Source of the DNA: Candidatus Poribacteria bacterium
GTDB lineage: Bacteria; Poribacteria; WGA-4E; WGA-3G
DNA: 64,000 bases
Reading direction: 5' to 3'
Assembly: GCA_965197475.1 (NCBI GenBank)
Contig: CBDANF010000002.1
Location: forward strand, 608,001-672,000
Shown here piece after piece: positions 20,036-30,378 of the stretch. The position numbers and the translations under genes were made by a program. How positions within the stretch are numbered: the stretch's first letter is position 1; each line of letters begins with the position of its first letter. The notes under the pieces were generated by a model that saw only the letters and a list, made by a program, of their open reading frames with translations, made no database searches and was not told where the DNA came from.

Positions 20036-20294
20036 TTTTATCCTCTATTTATTGTGTATATTTTTGACGTTATTTAGGCTTCGGCAAAAGAATTTTATTC
20101 CTATGATACACTAACACAAAGGAAATGTCAATCAAAATGATGGAACGTTTTAGGTTGGAAGGATGAAATGGGATAACGCTGATATCTATTGAGATCAGGA
20201 AGATTTTGAGAAATATCAACGGAATTATTCTTGCGTTATTTTTTTTAATCTGTTATTCTGCACACATGAAAAACACTAAACATAAGGGGAAAAT

Positions 20295-21344
20295 ATGAAA
20301 GGAATTTATGTCGTAAGAAAGTTCATTCTTTTAGTACTGGGATTACTATTAATTTATGGTTGTGAAGCAGTTAGGGAGGTAATGCCTCCTGAATCTCCAG
20401 ATGAAATGGGAATGGTTCCACTTCGCGTAACAATGATCTATCCAAGCGATTGCGTCGGCGACGCAGCTTACTGTGACACTTTCCATATCGGTGTAAAGAC
20501 TGCTGAAGCAGAACTCGGGATTGATCTCAACGAAGTCAACGGCATGGAAAACGATCCGACAGGGACAGAGATGCTCATAAGAGAGGCTGCGCAAAATTCC
20601 GACCTTGTTTTAACAGCAGGCTACCAAATGGGAGACGTGCTTGCTCGTGTTGCACCAGAATTCCCCGATGTCAAGTTTGCAATTTTTGATGTTGTTCTTG
20701 ATATTCCGAATATAGCTTCTATCAATTATAAGGCAAACGAGGGATCATTTCTGGTCGGGGCCGTCGCAGCTCTAAAAACGGAAAGCGGCAAAATCGGCTA
20801 TATCGGCGGAGCGGATGTTCCTTTATTACACGAATTTGAGGCAGGGTACGTCGCAGGGATTCACGCTATCAACCCAGATGCGAAAGTTACTATAGAATAC
20901 ATCAGCAAAGATGCAACCGGTTTCGGTCAACCGGAAAAAGCGAAAGAACTGGCGTTAGCACAATACGCAAACGGAGTTGATGTGATTTACACCGCTGCTG
21001 GCGGATCCGGTCAGGGAGTACTGGAAGCAGCACAAGAACAGCAAAAATATATCATCTGGGTTGACTCCAACGGCAACGATCTTGCACCAGGAATAGTCTT
21101 GACGAGCATGGTCAAAGAGCTCTCAGATTCTGTGGAGAAAATCATCCAGGAAACCGTTGACGGCAATTTTACGACAGGGACCCGTTATTTCGGGTTAGAA
21201 GATGGCGGTGTCAGTTATGCTGTTGATGAACACAATCAACCGCTGCTTTCGGATGACATCATTGCTAAAGTTGAATCTTTAAAAGCAAAGATTATTGCTG
21301 GCGAAATTGTCGTTCCAAACACGGTTTCACTTCCACGCGAATAG
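20295..21344 (+). CDS. BMP-family ABC substrate-binding lipoprotein
   Basis: Lipobox IYGC; NEGSFLVG, KIGYIGG, GVDVIYTAAGGSGQG, IWVDS. Confidence 0.9.
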   Translation: MKGIYVVRKFILLVLGLLLIYGCEAVREVMPPESPDEMGMVPLRVTMIYPSDCVGDAAYCDTFHIGVKTAEAELGIDLNEVNGMENDPTGTEMLIREAAQNSDLVLTAGYQMGDVLARVAPEFPDVKFAIFDVVLDIPNIASINYKANEGSFLVGAVAALKTESGKIGYIGGADVPLLHEFEAGYVAGIHAINPDAKVTIEYISKDATGFGQPEKAKELALAQYANGVDVIYTAAGGSGQGVLEAAQEQQKYIIWVDSNGNDLAPGIVLTSMVKELSDSVEKIIQETVDGNFTTGTRYFGLEDGGVSYAVDEHNQPLLSDDIIAKVESLKAKIIAGEIVVPNTVSLPRE

Positions 21345-21769
21345 TTTTGCATACGGTAGGTTTTCATGTTTGTACTTCGGTGGGCATAGATGATAAATAT
21401 AATCCATCCGAAAACGATTACTTATACCATTTCTAATAAATTATCTTTCATTAGGGATTTGTCCGTGGAAGAAACCCCCTTATCAGGGGGACTTCTAAAG
21501 AATAAACGATACAAACCACTTACATAAACGACTTGTACCAGTTAACTAATTGTTTTTGTTATTTTCACAGATATTAGGTGTTGTCATATAAACATATCGT
21601 CCCTACGGGACTAAAGAGGGCGTTATTGCCGTACTTCTATAAACATATCGTCCCTACGGGACTGAAGAGCATATCAACCAATAGGAAACACGGACAAAAC
21701 GTTCTGCTTATGTGAAATAATATTTTACAAAAAGTTATTTAGCACAACTCGTTACATAAAGGAGAATTT

Positions 21770-22156
21770 ATGTTGAATCAATATCCCTATCCCGAGTACG
21801 AAGGCAAACGTAGTATCGCGGTTGGAATTTTACTATCTTTGATCACATGCGGAATTTATAGTCTCTACTGGCAATACAAACAGATGGACACACTTAATAC
21901 TTGGTTGGGAAGAAATGATTACTCTTTTTGGCTATGGCTTTTACTATCCTTTCTCACCTGTGGCATCTTCGGAATATACTATGAGTACAAGATGGCATGC
22001 GGCATCAATGAAGTACAAACTAAGAACGATATGCAGGCTGATCCAAATTTGCCAATTATTTGCGTACTGTTAGCAATTTTCGGTGTTGGCATTGCATCAT
22101 TAGCCATTCAGCAGTACCAGATTAATAAACTCTACGGGGATACCTCTGATGGTTAA
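21770..22156 (+). CDS. DUF4234-like membrane protein
   Basis: Duplicated LLSxxTCGIY/F..YW motif; AIQQYQIN. Confidence 0.75.
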   Translation: MLNQYPYPEYEGKRSIAVGILLSLITCGIYSLYWQYKQMDTLNTWLGRNDYSFWLWLLLSFLTCGIFGIYYEYKMACGINEVQTKNDMQADPNLPIICVLLAIFGVGIASLAIQQYQINKLYGDTSDG

Positions 22157-22532
22157 TTATATTTTTCTGGCTCGTGTGTTCCTGATTGGGTTAGCAGTAG
22201 TAGCAATCTACACAGCTGTGTCGGAAAAATCTCCGGACGATGTTTCGTTGATTCCATGTATATTTCATTCAGTGACGGATGTTCCGTGTCCTGGATGTGG
22301 AATGACGCGTGGATGTCTCGCCTTAACACACGGGCATTTCGCAACAGCATGGCGTTACCACCCGTTCTCATTTCTTATTGTAGGTCTGGCTATTGGGATC
22401 GCATTCTTCCCGTTGCAGATAAAAAACGCTTGGTTCAATTATTCCAAAAATACTCGCAATTTCATCATTATTTTCGGTATTATGCTTTGCTTGTCTGTTT
22501 GGATGCTGAAAGTTAAAAATATATTTTCGTAA
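22149..22532 (+). CDS. DUF2752-like membrane protein
   Basis: PCIFHSVTDVPCPGCGMTR...AWRYHP. Confidence 0.85.
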   Translation: MVNYIFLARVFLIGLAVVAIYTAVSEKSPDDVSLIPCIFHSVTDVPCPGCGMTRGCLALTHGHFATAWRYHPFSFLIVGLAIGIAFFPLQIKNAWFNYSKNTRNFIIIFGIMLCLSVWMLKVKNIFS

Positions 22533-22839
22533 TATACGCTTTCATCATTTAACCTTGATTAGATGTCTTCTGATAAAGTCAGCATTGCGAGGCACCGAAT
22601 CAACACCGAATACGCGTATGGTATTCGGCGGGGACCTCGCGCTACAAATCGGGTTAATTGGGTATAATACCAAATTAACTTGATCCCACTCGGTAGGCGC
22701 GCTTTGTAAGCGCGCAGTCTGCCCAGAAAAATAAGACTAATCCCGTTAATTTGGTATAAGAGAAAGGAATTGCAGCAAACAGTATTAGTAGAACTGCAAT
22801 AATCTTTTAATTCTCATTACAATCAAAGTTGGGAGTCAA

Positions 22840-23225
22840 ATGCACAGTCAATTTCCTTATCCAGAATATAGTGGTGTCCAGAATATCGGACTAAACATTT
22901 TGCTCTCTTTACTTACTTTAGGCATCTTTGGATTGTACTGGCAATATAAACAGATGTCAATATTGAATGCGTGGCTTGGAACAAACCAATACTCTTTTTG
23001 GAGATGGTTTTTTCTGACCATTATTACGTGTGGAATTTATGAGATATATGAGGAATACAAGATGGCGGAGAGTATTAATTGGGTTTATTACAAATACAAT
23101 TCTATGTGCAGCGAAACCTACCCATAATTTGTGTTCTTTTGACATTATTCGGTTTAGGACTCGTCACAACTGCGATCCAACAACATCATATTAACAACTT
23201 TTACGCTGAAAGTCCGAATGTTTAG
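22840..23225 (+). pseudogene. Frameshifted DUF4234-like paralog
   Basis: Paralog of 21770..22156. After a frameshift near 23101 the other frame reads RNLPIICVLLTLFGLGLVTTAIQQHHINNFY...TAG 23225. Confidence 0.75.
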
Positions 23226-23231
23226 AAGATG

Positions 23232-24197
23232 TTAGTTTTTCAGAAGAATAGTCCCTTTTGCACCTACGATCCAACCCGAATTTTTTGAGAGATGAATATC
23301 CTGCAAATGGTTTGTCGTAGGAGATGCAAAACGATCCCAAGTAGTGCCTCCATCCAATGTGTGAAGGATTAACCCTTCCTCACCGACTGCCCAACCCTCT
23401 TTTTCATTTTGGAATACTACATCTCGTAAACTCTGCTTCATCGGATTTTTTTGCCGCTGCCACGTTTGTCCTCCATCAGCTGTATGCAAAATCAGTCCGT
23501 TTGTTCCTACGATCCAACCTTGCGTTAGATTCGCAAAGTGGACAGCGAATAAAGGCTGTTCAGCATCGCTAATTTGACGCACCCACTGTTTCCCGCCATC
23601 TTTTGTATGGAGAATCTCACCCGCTTCACCAACAACCCATCCATGTTCAGAATCAACAAAATAGACACCCCACAAGTGTTTCTCAGAGGGATTTCTGACT
23701 TTTTCCCATTTGACACCACCGTTCTGTGTATAGAGAATGGTGGCAATTTCCCGGGTGCCAACTCCCCCAACTGCCCAACCTTCTGTCGTATTAACAAAAT
23801 GCAAATCCAAAATACCAGGTGGTCTCCCACCCTCATTTCGTATTTGATGCTGGACATGCCACGAATTACCACCGCTACCCGTATAAAACACTTTTCCTAT
23901 GCCAACAAGCCAACCGTTCGTTGGTGTTGCAAAACTGACTTGTGTCAGAGTGTCTGTAGAAGGGGGTTTCGCTTGCGATTTCCTCCAAGTTTTTCCGCCA
24001 TCTTTACTTGATAGCACTTCACTATTTGTACCGACTGCCCACCCATTCTTTGCATCCGCGAAATGGATGCCATATAGATGCTCGTTAGTGACACTTTTCA
24101 CCTGTTCCCACCCAATTTGAGGTGTATCCTGAGAACAAGCGAGATACGCAAGACTTCCGATTAGGATGTATAGAAGTAGATATTTTGTTTTGATCAT
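23232..24197 (-). CDS. YCF48/BNR-repeat beta-propeller lipoprotein
   Basis: Lipobox YLAC; repeated F.D...GWxVG..G.ILHTxDGGxxW. Confidence 0.88.
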   Translation of the reverse strand: MIKTKYLLLYILIGSLAYLACSQDTPQIGWEQVKSVTNEHLYGIHFADAKNGWAVGTNSEVLSSKDGGKTWRKSQAKPPSTDTLTQVSFATPTNGWLVGIGKVFYTGSGGNSWHVQHQIRNEGGRPPGILDLHFVNTTEGWAVGGVGTREIATILYTQNGGVKWEKVRNPSEKHLWGVYFVDSEHGWVVGEAGEILHTKDGGKQWVRQISDAEQPLFAVHFANLTQGWIVGTNGLILHTADGGQTWQRQKNPMKQSLRDVVFQNEKEGWAVGEEGLILHTLDGGTTWDRFASPTTNHLQDIHLSKNSGWIVGAKGTILLKN

Positions 24198-24386
24198 GTG
24201 GAGGCTCCAGATAAATTTGATTGCATTTTCAACAGAATTGTGATAAATTACTTTAATCTATTTTGTCAATGTTGTCAATAGAATTTTCGTTTTCTTCTGA
24301 ACATTTAATTCTCGTGAAGTACTCTTGTGGGAGGGTTTTCTAAGCCCGATTTACCGAAAATTGGATGAGTCTGCGTTTTATCTGAA

Positions 24387-24701
24387 TAGGACTTACGCAT
24401 TTTTCACGCTTTCAAGCGTTACAGCATTTGTAGTAGCACAATTCGTTGTGCGTTCTTTAGCAATTAGACTTAACTAAGGATGTGCATAAATAATTCAATG
24501 TTAATGTGCGATTAAAGGTAGTAGGCACGCTCCGCGTGCCGTAACCAGATTCGAAGAGGCGCGTAAATTGCGCGACGACAAACAACACTTCTACGAATGA
24601 AGCTGCACCTGAAGTGTGCAACTGTCTGTGTTGCTGCACCAAATAATTATGTACACCCCTCACTTAACTATGTTGTGTCCTTATAATTTGCGTAAGTCCC
24701 G
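24387..24701. mobile_element. MITE with TAGGACTTACGCA TIR containing a nested element
   Basis: TAGGACTTACGCA...TGCGTAAGTCCCG; 5-bp TSD CTGAA. Inner unit ~24477-24661 is flanked by ACTTAACTA direct repeats. Confidence 0.75.
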
Positions 24702-24793
24702 CTGAAGTAATTTACTTCGTATTTTATTAAATTCGATCACAATTTAGGATTGAAATCGTACAATCTCTCATAAAGATCATTTTACAACAAAAA

Positions 24794-25711
24794 ATGAAAC
24801 GAATGAACTATATCATCGGTATTGATGGGGGTGGGACTAAAACCTTTGGTCTGTTAACAACGGAGACTGGTGAACATATTGCAAAAGTCCAGGCAGGACC
24901 ATCAAATTACCACGTAGTGGGAATGGAACGAACACATGATGTCCTGAGAGAGATCATTTCCGAACTCTCCGCGCACGTTGGTAACACCACAATAGATTCT
25001 ATCCATTTCTGTCTGGGCATGGCAGGTTTGGGACGCGAAGAAGATAAAAAAGTCATTGGACAGATTTGTGATAAACTCGGTATAAACCAAAATCGGATTC
25101 TGACACATGATGCACATATCGCATTAGTAGGTGGAATCGGAAAACATGAGGGTGTAATTGTCATATCAGGCACCGGTTCTATTGTCTACGGCATAGACTC
25201 GCGAGGTATAGAAGCGCGTGCTGGTGGATGGGGATATCTGCTCGGAGATGAAGGGAGCGGTTACGATATTGCTCTAAAAGGACTTCAAGCAGTCGCACGT
25301 GCCGCAGATAAACGTGAACCGCTGACCCAATTGACAAACCTAATTCTGGATAGCCTTGAACTGAATGAACCGAATGGCTTGATTCGATGGACACATGCTG
25401 CGAGCCGTGACGAAATTTCTCAATTGGCAGCGGTCGTGTTTAAGGCGACAGAAATGGGGGATACAAGAGCAAAACAGATAATAGATTCCGCTGTTGATGA
25501 ACTTGCATGTGCAGTAGAGACAGTGGTATTGCAATTAGAATTCACACATCCGTTCGAGATTGTTTTTTGTGGTGGGAATTTATTACACCAACCTATTTTG
25601 GCAGATAAACTGCAAAGATGGGTTGAAAAGATAATACTGGGTGGTTCCGTAATATTTCCGAAACACGAACCGGCGTATGGCGCGGTGTTGTTGGCAAAGG
25701 CACATCTATAG
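24794..25711 (+). CDS. BadF/BadG-type N-acetylglucosamine/N-acetylmuramic acid kinase
   Basis: IGIDGGGTKT, GMAG, ISGTGS, RAGGWGYLLGDEGSGY; adjacent to murQ. Confidence 0.85.
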   Translation: MKRMNYIIGIDGGGTKTFGLLTTETGEHIAKVQAGPSNYHVVGMERTHDVLREIISELSAHVGNTTIDSIHFCLGMAGLGREEDKKVIGQICDKLGINQNRILTHDAHIALVGGIGKHEGVIVISGTGSIVYGIDSRGIEARAGGWGYLLGDEGSGYDIALKGLQAVARAADKREPLTQLTNLILDSLELNEPNGLIRWTHAASRDEISQLAAVVFKATEMGDTRAKQIIDSAVDELACAVETVVLQLEFTHPFEIVFCGGNLLHQPILADKLQRWVEKIILGGSVIFPKHEPAYGAVLLAKAHL

Positions 25712-25764
25712 TATAAGTCTATGGCTAAAAAACCAAACGAGATCGCTATACTTTATATTTCATT

Positions 25765-26661
25765 GTGATTACAGAACAACGAAACCCAAATTCAACCGAC
25801 ATTGACCTAAAGTCAACGTCAGAAATCGTTCAAATTTTTCATGATGAAGACCGAAAAGCTGTAGAAGCGGTTGCAGCTGAATCAGATGCTATCACGCATG
25901 CTGTTGAGATGATCGTTGATGCTTTTCGTCACGGAGGGAGGCTGTTTTACATAGGTGCTGGAACGAGCGGCAGACTTAGCGTATTAGACGCATCTGAATG
26001 TCCACCGACTTTTAGCACTTCTCCAGAGATGGTACAGGGTATTATCGCAGGTGGGGATGTTGCTTTACGCCGATCAATAGAAGGAGAAGAAGATAAACCT
26101 GAACGCGGTGCCGAAGTTGTCCGAGAGCATCAATTAACACCACAAGACGTACTCGTTGGAATTGCAAGTAGTGGGCGAACCCCTTATGTATTAGGGGCTC
26201 TGAAGGCAGCGCACGCCATCGGCGTAAAAACTGTTTTCCTCTCTTGTGTTCCACCGGCAGAAGAATTGAACGAGTTTGTCCATCACTTTATCACCCCGAT
26301 TGTTGGCCCTGAAATAATAACAGGTTCAACCCGTTTGAAAGCAGGAACAGCGACAAAATTGGTCCTCAATATGCTCACAACTATATCTATGGTAAAGTTG
26401 GGTAAGGTTTACAATAACCTTATGGTGGATGTGCACGCTTCCAACACAAAACTTGTTGAGCGAAGCATCCGAATTGTTCAAACGGTTACAGGCGTTGATA
26501 CCGCTATTGCCAACTCCACTTTAAAACAAGCTGGTGGAAGTGCGAAGATAGCAATAGTGATGTTAGCAAAAGGAATTAACCGAACTGATGCGGAAAAACT
26601 TTTAGATAAACATGGTGGCTTCCTACGTCCGATTTTAGCGGATGTCGGGGTAAGCGCGTAA
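25765..26661 (+). CDS. murQ: N-acetylmuramic acid 6-phosphate etherase
   Basis: TEQRNP, GAGTSGRL, DASECPPTF, GPEIITGSTRLKAGTATK, NLMVDV. Confidence 0.95.
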   Translation: MITEQRNPNSTDIDLKSTSEIVQIFHDEDRKAVEAVAAESDAITHAVEMIVDAFRHGGRLFYIGAGTSGRLSVLDASECPPTFSTSPEMVQGIIAGGDVALRRSIEGEEDKPERGAEVVREHQLTPQDVLVGIASSGRTPYVLGALKAAHAIGVKTVFLSCVPPAEELNEFVHHFITPIVGPEIITGSTRLKAGTATKLVLNMLTTISMVKLGKVYNNLMVDVHASNTKLVERSIRIVQTVTGVDTAIANSTLKQAGGSAKIAIVMLAKGINRTDAEKLLDKHGGFLRPILADVGVSA

Positions 26662-26693
26662 TACTCGCAAACATAATTCGCTTTTAGATTTAA

Positions 26694-26814
26694 TAGGACT
26701 TACGCAATTGTCATGATTTTTCAATAATTACGACTAAAATGGTGTAATTTTCAGCAGAATTCTGAGTTTCCAGCGCGCTTACAAAGCGCGCCTACCACTT
26801 GGACGTTAGTCCTG
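26694..26814. mobile_element. MITE with TAGGACTTACGCA TIR (right end degenerate)
   Basis: TAGGACTTACGCA...GACGTTAGTCCTG; 5-bp TSD TTTAA at 26689-26693 and 26815-26819; carries a GCGCGC REP. Confidence 0.7.
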
Positions 26815-26848
26815 TTTAAAAAAGGAGAAACTTTGGCTCATGTAAAGA

Positions 26849-27892
26849 ATGAGTGCAAATGAAAATTTAACCCGTGTGGCCATTGCCTTCATGAAAATAA
26901 CCGCACACACCTTTTACATGAGCGGAAACTTTATGGGTACGAATGCTACAAAAGTTGGTCTTGCCAAAACCAGTAGAAGACGTTCTAACGTTTTTGAGGC
27001 ACTAAACAATATACGAGATAACATCACACCGAAAGTTCGTGAGCAAGTTCTGTTAAAACCGAATTTTCTTTCCAGCACGAATCAACTCGCTTCATCTCAT
27101 GTGGATGCGATGCGTGGCGCGCTGGATTTCCTACTAAGCACACCACAACCGCCTAAAGAAGTTATTATCGCTGAAGGTGCAAACGAATCTTTTTCTGGCG
27201 AGGCGTTTCAAATTTTCGGATATGAAGCACTGCAGTCGGAATACGATATACCTATTCAACTCGTTGATTTACACCAAGAAACTGAATGGGTGGAAACAAC
27301 CGTGTTTCTTGCTGGTCGGGAGACAGATACGGTGCGGATGCCGAAAACGGTACTTGACTGTCCATGCACAATTTCTGTCGCTATTGCAAAAACGCATGAT
27401 GCTGGGGTTGTGACGCTTGCTATGAAAAATATGGTTATGGGTACTCTACATAAAGCTGACCGGATTAAAATGCACGGGTATCATAGTCACGGTGACCGTC
27501 TGTTACCTCGCGAAGCACAGACGCTCAATATCAATTTACTTCGACTCTCGCGCTATCTAAAACCCGATATTGAAATCGTTGATGGCACTGTTGGATTACA
27601 AGGCAACGGTCCTGGTGGTAATAATTCTGTTCCGCTCGGTATTGCTGTTGCGAGTGGTGATGTGTTTGCCGCTGACGCTGTTACATCAAAAGTGATGGGG
27701 TTTGAGCCGTTAGAGATTGGACTTTTCAATTATGCAAATGAATTGGGGGACGGTACTGCAGATATGAACGAGATTGAGATTATCGGTCCTGATGTTGAGA
27801 CAGTTACCATTCCGTTCAAACCGCATGAAACCACTGAACTTCAGTTCCAATGGCAGGATACTGAGTCTGGCGAATATCTTGCCGCTGACTAA
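26849..27892 (+). CDS. DUF362-domain protein (start uncertain)
   Basis: VLLKPN, IIAEG, KTH, TLAMKN, IVDG, GNGP. Confidence 0.8.
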   Translation: MSANENLTRVAIAFMKITAHTFYMSGNFMGTNATKVGLAKTSRRRSNVFEALNNIRDNITPKVREQVLLKPNFLSSTNQLASSHVDAMRGALDFLLSTPQPPKEVIIAEGANESFSGEAFQIFGYEALQSEYDIPIQLVDLHQETEWVETTVFLAGRETDTVRMPKTVLDCPCTISVAIAKTHDAGVVTLAMKNMVMGTLHKADRIKMHGYHSHGDRLLPREAQTLNINLLRLSRYLKPDIEIVDGTVGLQGNGPGGNNSVPLGIAVASGDVFAADAVTSKVMGFEPLEIGLFNYANELGDGTADMNEIEIIGPDVETVTIPFKPHETTELQFQWQDTESGEYLAAD

Positions 27893-27913
27893 ATCTATCT
27901 TTACTGTACTTTA

Positions 27914-28389
27914 ACGTGAGTTCGAAAAATGCCGTAGGGAATCAACGCCGAATGCGCTTTGGGCATCCAGCGGGGTAGAACAACGTGAAACCCAACTATT
28001 TTTCACACCCCAACGGTTGAATTGTTGGGTTTCGCTGCGCTCTACCCATAGCTGTCAATTTAGTGTGCTATATGCAAAAAAGATGCTGATTTGTGATGAA
28101 AGCAGCACCAACGGTGATAGAAAACAGCCTCAAACAAATGCCATACGCGCATTTGGCGTTGATTCGCGGGGCAGCATGCTGCATGAGGTGTCTGACAACA
28201 TGTGCACATATACACCTTTCGCCCCTCTGGGGCTTGAATTTGGTAGGGGTCGCGTGTCTGGACACCTTTCGCCCCTCTGGGGCTTAGATATCCAAAATAT
28301 AGGTTTATTTCCTTAAATTGACACCTATGGGTTTCGCTGCGCTCTACCCAACCTACATCTACATTTGGATCTTATTATCGAACTCACGT
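27914..28389. mobile_element. MITE with ACGTGAGTTCGA TIR (outer shell of a nested stack)
   Basis: Perfect 12-bp TIR ACGTGAGTTCGA/TCGAACTCACGT; 8-bp TSD GTACTTTA at 27906-27913 and 28390-28397. Confidence 0.85.
28047..28329. mobile_element. MITE with CATAG-TGTCAATTTA TIR nested in a REP
   Basis: Perfect 19-bp direct repeat GGTTTCGCTGCGCTCTACC at 28028-28046 and 28330-28348. Confidence 0.82.
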
Positions 28390-28462
28390 GTACTTTAAGG
28401 CGTAACAAGATTACTAATTTCTGTGTTGCTTCAATTCAAGAAATTACTTTGAAAGGAGAATT

Positions 28463-29332
28463 ATGAAACGTATCCAGAATGCATTGGTTCTATTTTTACT
28501 CATCCTCACTGCACCCGCGTGGGCATGGTGGGGCGGCGGACATGACATCCTTACCCAAGCATCGGTAAAAACGCTACCGGAAGAGATGCCCGAATTTTTC
28601 CGTTCAGCTTCAGCCGAGAAAATGATTGCGCATTGCGCTTACGACCCTGATGTATCTAAGAATCGCGATATGCCGCACGCTCGGGTAGCCGAACACGGGG
28701 AACACTACTTTGATCTTGAACTCATCAAAGAAAATCCGATACCAGCGGATCGAGATGCTTTTATGAAATTATGTGCAGAAATGAGGCTTGAACCGAGTAA
28801 AGTTGGATTTCTACCCTATACAGTGGCAGAATGGACAGAACGTCTTGCAATTGCTTTTGCTGAGTATCGGAAATGGCCCGATAATCCCATAATCCAGTAT
28901 AAGTGTTATGTATATGCTGGTTTTCTCGGACACTACGCGGAAGATATGTGCCAACCCTTGCACCTGACAGTACATTTCGACGGAATCGTTCAGAAAGATG
29001 GAACAAAATTACATGACGGTATCCATGAAAAAGTTGATGCTGCAATTGAAACCTTGAAACTGGATCCGGCTGAACTTGCAAAAAACCAAAAAATTGAACC
29101 TGTTGACGATTTGATGCAGGCAATTGTCAAACAGATTAAAGCAGGACACAGTTTGGTAGACAGCGTTTACGATCTTGCGCAGGACTTCCAAAGCCTTGGT
29201 AACCCTACACCTGCATTGCAAGATTTTACAAAAGACCGCTCGCGAGAATCCGTGCGTTGGACTGCATCACTGTTTCTCACAGCGTGGAAATTATCTGAAG
29301 ACTTGAAACTACCAGGATGGCTTGAACGCTAA
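28463..29332 (+). CDS. Secreted S1/P1 nuclease / Zn-dependent phospholipase C fold protein
   Basis: Signal peptide, then W-W-G-G-G-H; PD, HYFD, GHYAEDMCQPLH, GIH. Confidence 0.8.
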   Translation: MKRIQNALVLFLLILTAPAWAWWGGGHDILTQASVKTLPEEMPEFFRSASAEKMIAHCAYDPDVSKNRDMPHARVAEHGEHYFDLELIKENPIPADRDAFMKLCAEMRLEPSKVGFLPYTVAEWTERLAIAFAEYRKWPDNPIIQYKCYVYAGFLGHYAEDMCQPLHLTVHFDGIVQKDGTKLHDGIHEKVDAAIETLKLDPAELAKNQKIEPVDDLMQAIVKQIKAGHSLVDSVYDLAQDFQSLGNPTPALQDFTKDRSRESVRWTASLFLTAWKLSEDLKLPGWLER

Positions 29333-29548
29333 TAATCCAAGTTGCTATTTAGAAAATTTCAAGTGGGAAGACATTGTTTCAATTGGAAAATTCAAGGATT
29401 TTCCTCTGATTCTGATGTTTCCGCTGTCCATCGGGGTTAGAAACCCCTCCTACAAGAAGATTCGGGAAAAGGTGGCAACTTGGATTAAATATTAAATGTT
29501 CAGAAAATTTGGATTGACACAAGATAGATTTTGTGGTATCTTATTTTT

Positions 29549-29812
29549 ATGAAAGAAAAGAATAAATTACCAGATATTACTCCAGATGCTGTTTTCGATT
29601 TAGGAGAACTCGGATGCGGTGACTTGATTATCGCACTATTGAAATCTATGAGAACTCTTGATTCGGGGCAGATAGCACAAGTTCGTGCAGTCGACCCAGG
29701 CGCACCTGTGGACATCGCGGCATGGTGTAATATGATAGGCAATGAACTTCTCGCTGATTGTTGCGGTGAAGACAATGCCTATTTTTATATTAAAAAAGGA
29801 GATAATTCTTAA
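29549..29812 (+). CDS. TusA/SirA-family sulfur carrier
   Basis: FDLGELGCG, DPGAPVDIAAWC...G, FYIKKG; coupled to a DsrE gene. Confidence 0.8.
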   Translation: MKEKNKLPDITPDAVFDLGELGCGDLIIALLKSMRTLDSGQIAQVRAVDPGAPVDIAAWCNMIGNELLADCCGEDNAYFYIKKGDNS

Positions 29813-30171
29813 TGGCAAAGTTGATGATAAGCATTACGCACGCGAAAGATAATACCGACAAAGCCACTGTCGGTTTTGTTGTTGCGAATGCTTCTGTTGC
29901 GTCCGGTGTTGAAACCGTTGTATTTCTTAGCACAGAGGGCGTACACCTTTCACAGAACGGTTACGCAGATGATATACACGAAGAAGGTTTTGCACCGCTG
30001 AAACAACTGATGGCGGATTTCGCCGAAGTAGGTGGAACAATTTGGATTTGTTCACCTTGCTTCAAAAAACGTAATCTTGCTGAAGATAATTTAGTGGATA
30101 GTGCCCTAATTGTTGGTGGTGCTAAGGCTGTTGAGTTCTTAATCACTGGCGGTTCTTGTATTACCTATTGA
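29812..30171 (+). CDS. DsrE/DsrF-family protein
   Basis: VVFLSTEGV, GGTIWICSPCFKKR. Confidence 0.85.
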   Translation: MAKLMISITHAKDNTDKATVGFVVANASVASGVETVVFLSTEGVHLSQNGYADDIHEEGFAPLKQLMADFAEVGGTIWICSPCFKKRNLAEDNLVDSALIVGGAKAVEFLITGGSCITY

Positions 30172-30378
30172 CATTGGGAGAAGGAGTTCCTGCTGACTCC
30201 AGCAGAAACATCCATAAGGGATCGGTTGAATCCCCAGCGTAATAAAAGAGACTCCCTTCCATTGTGGAATAGGTTTCCTACCCAAAGTTTCTCAAGCATT
30301 TTCACGACTTTGTAGGCACAACTTCCTTGGAAGGGATTCTCATTTCAGATACCCTAAAATATCATATCAAAATATAAC

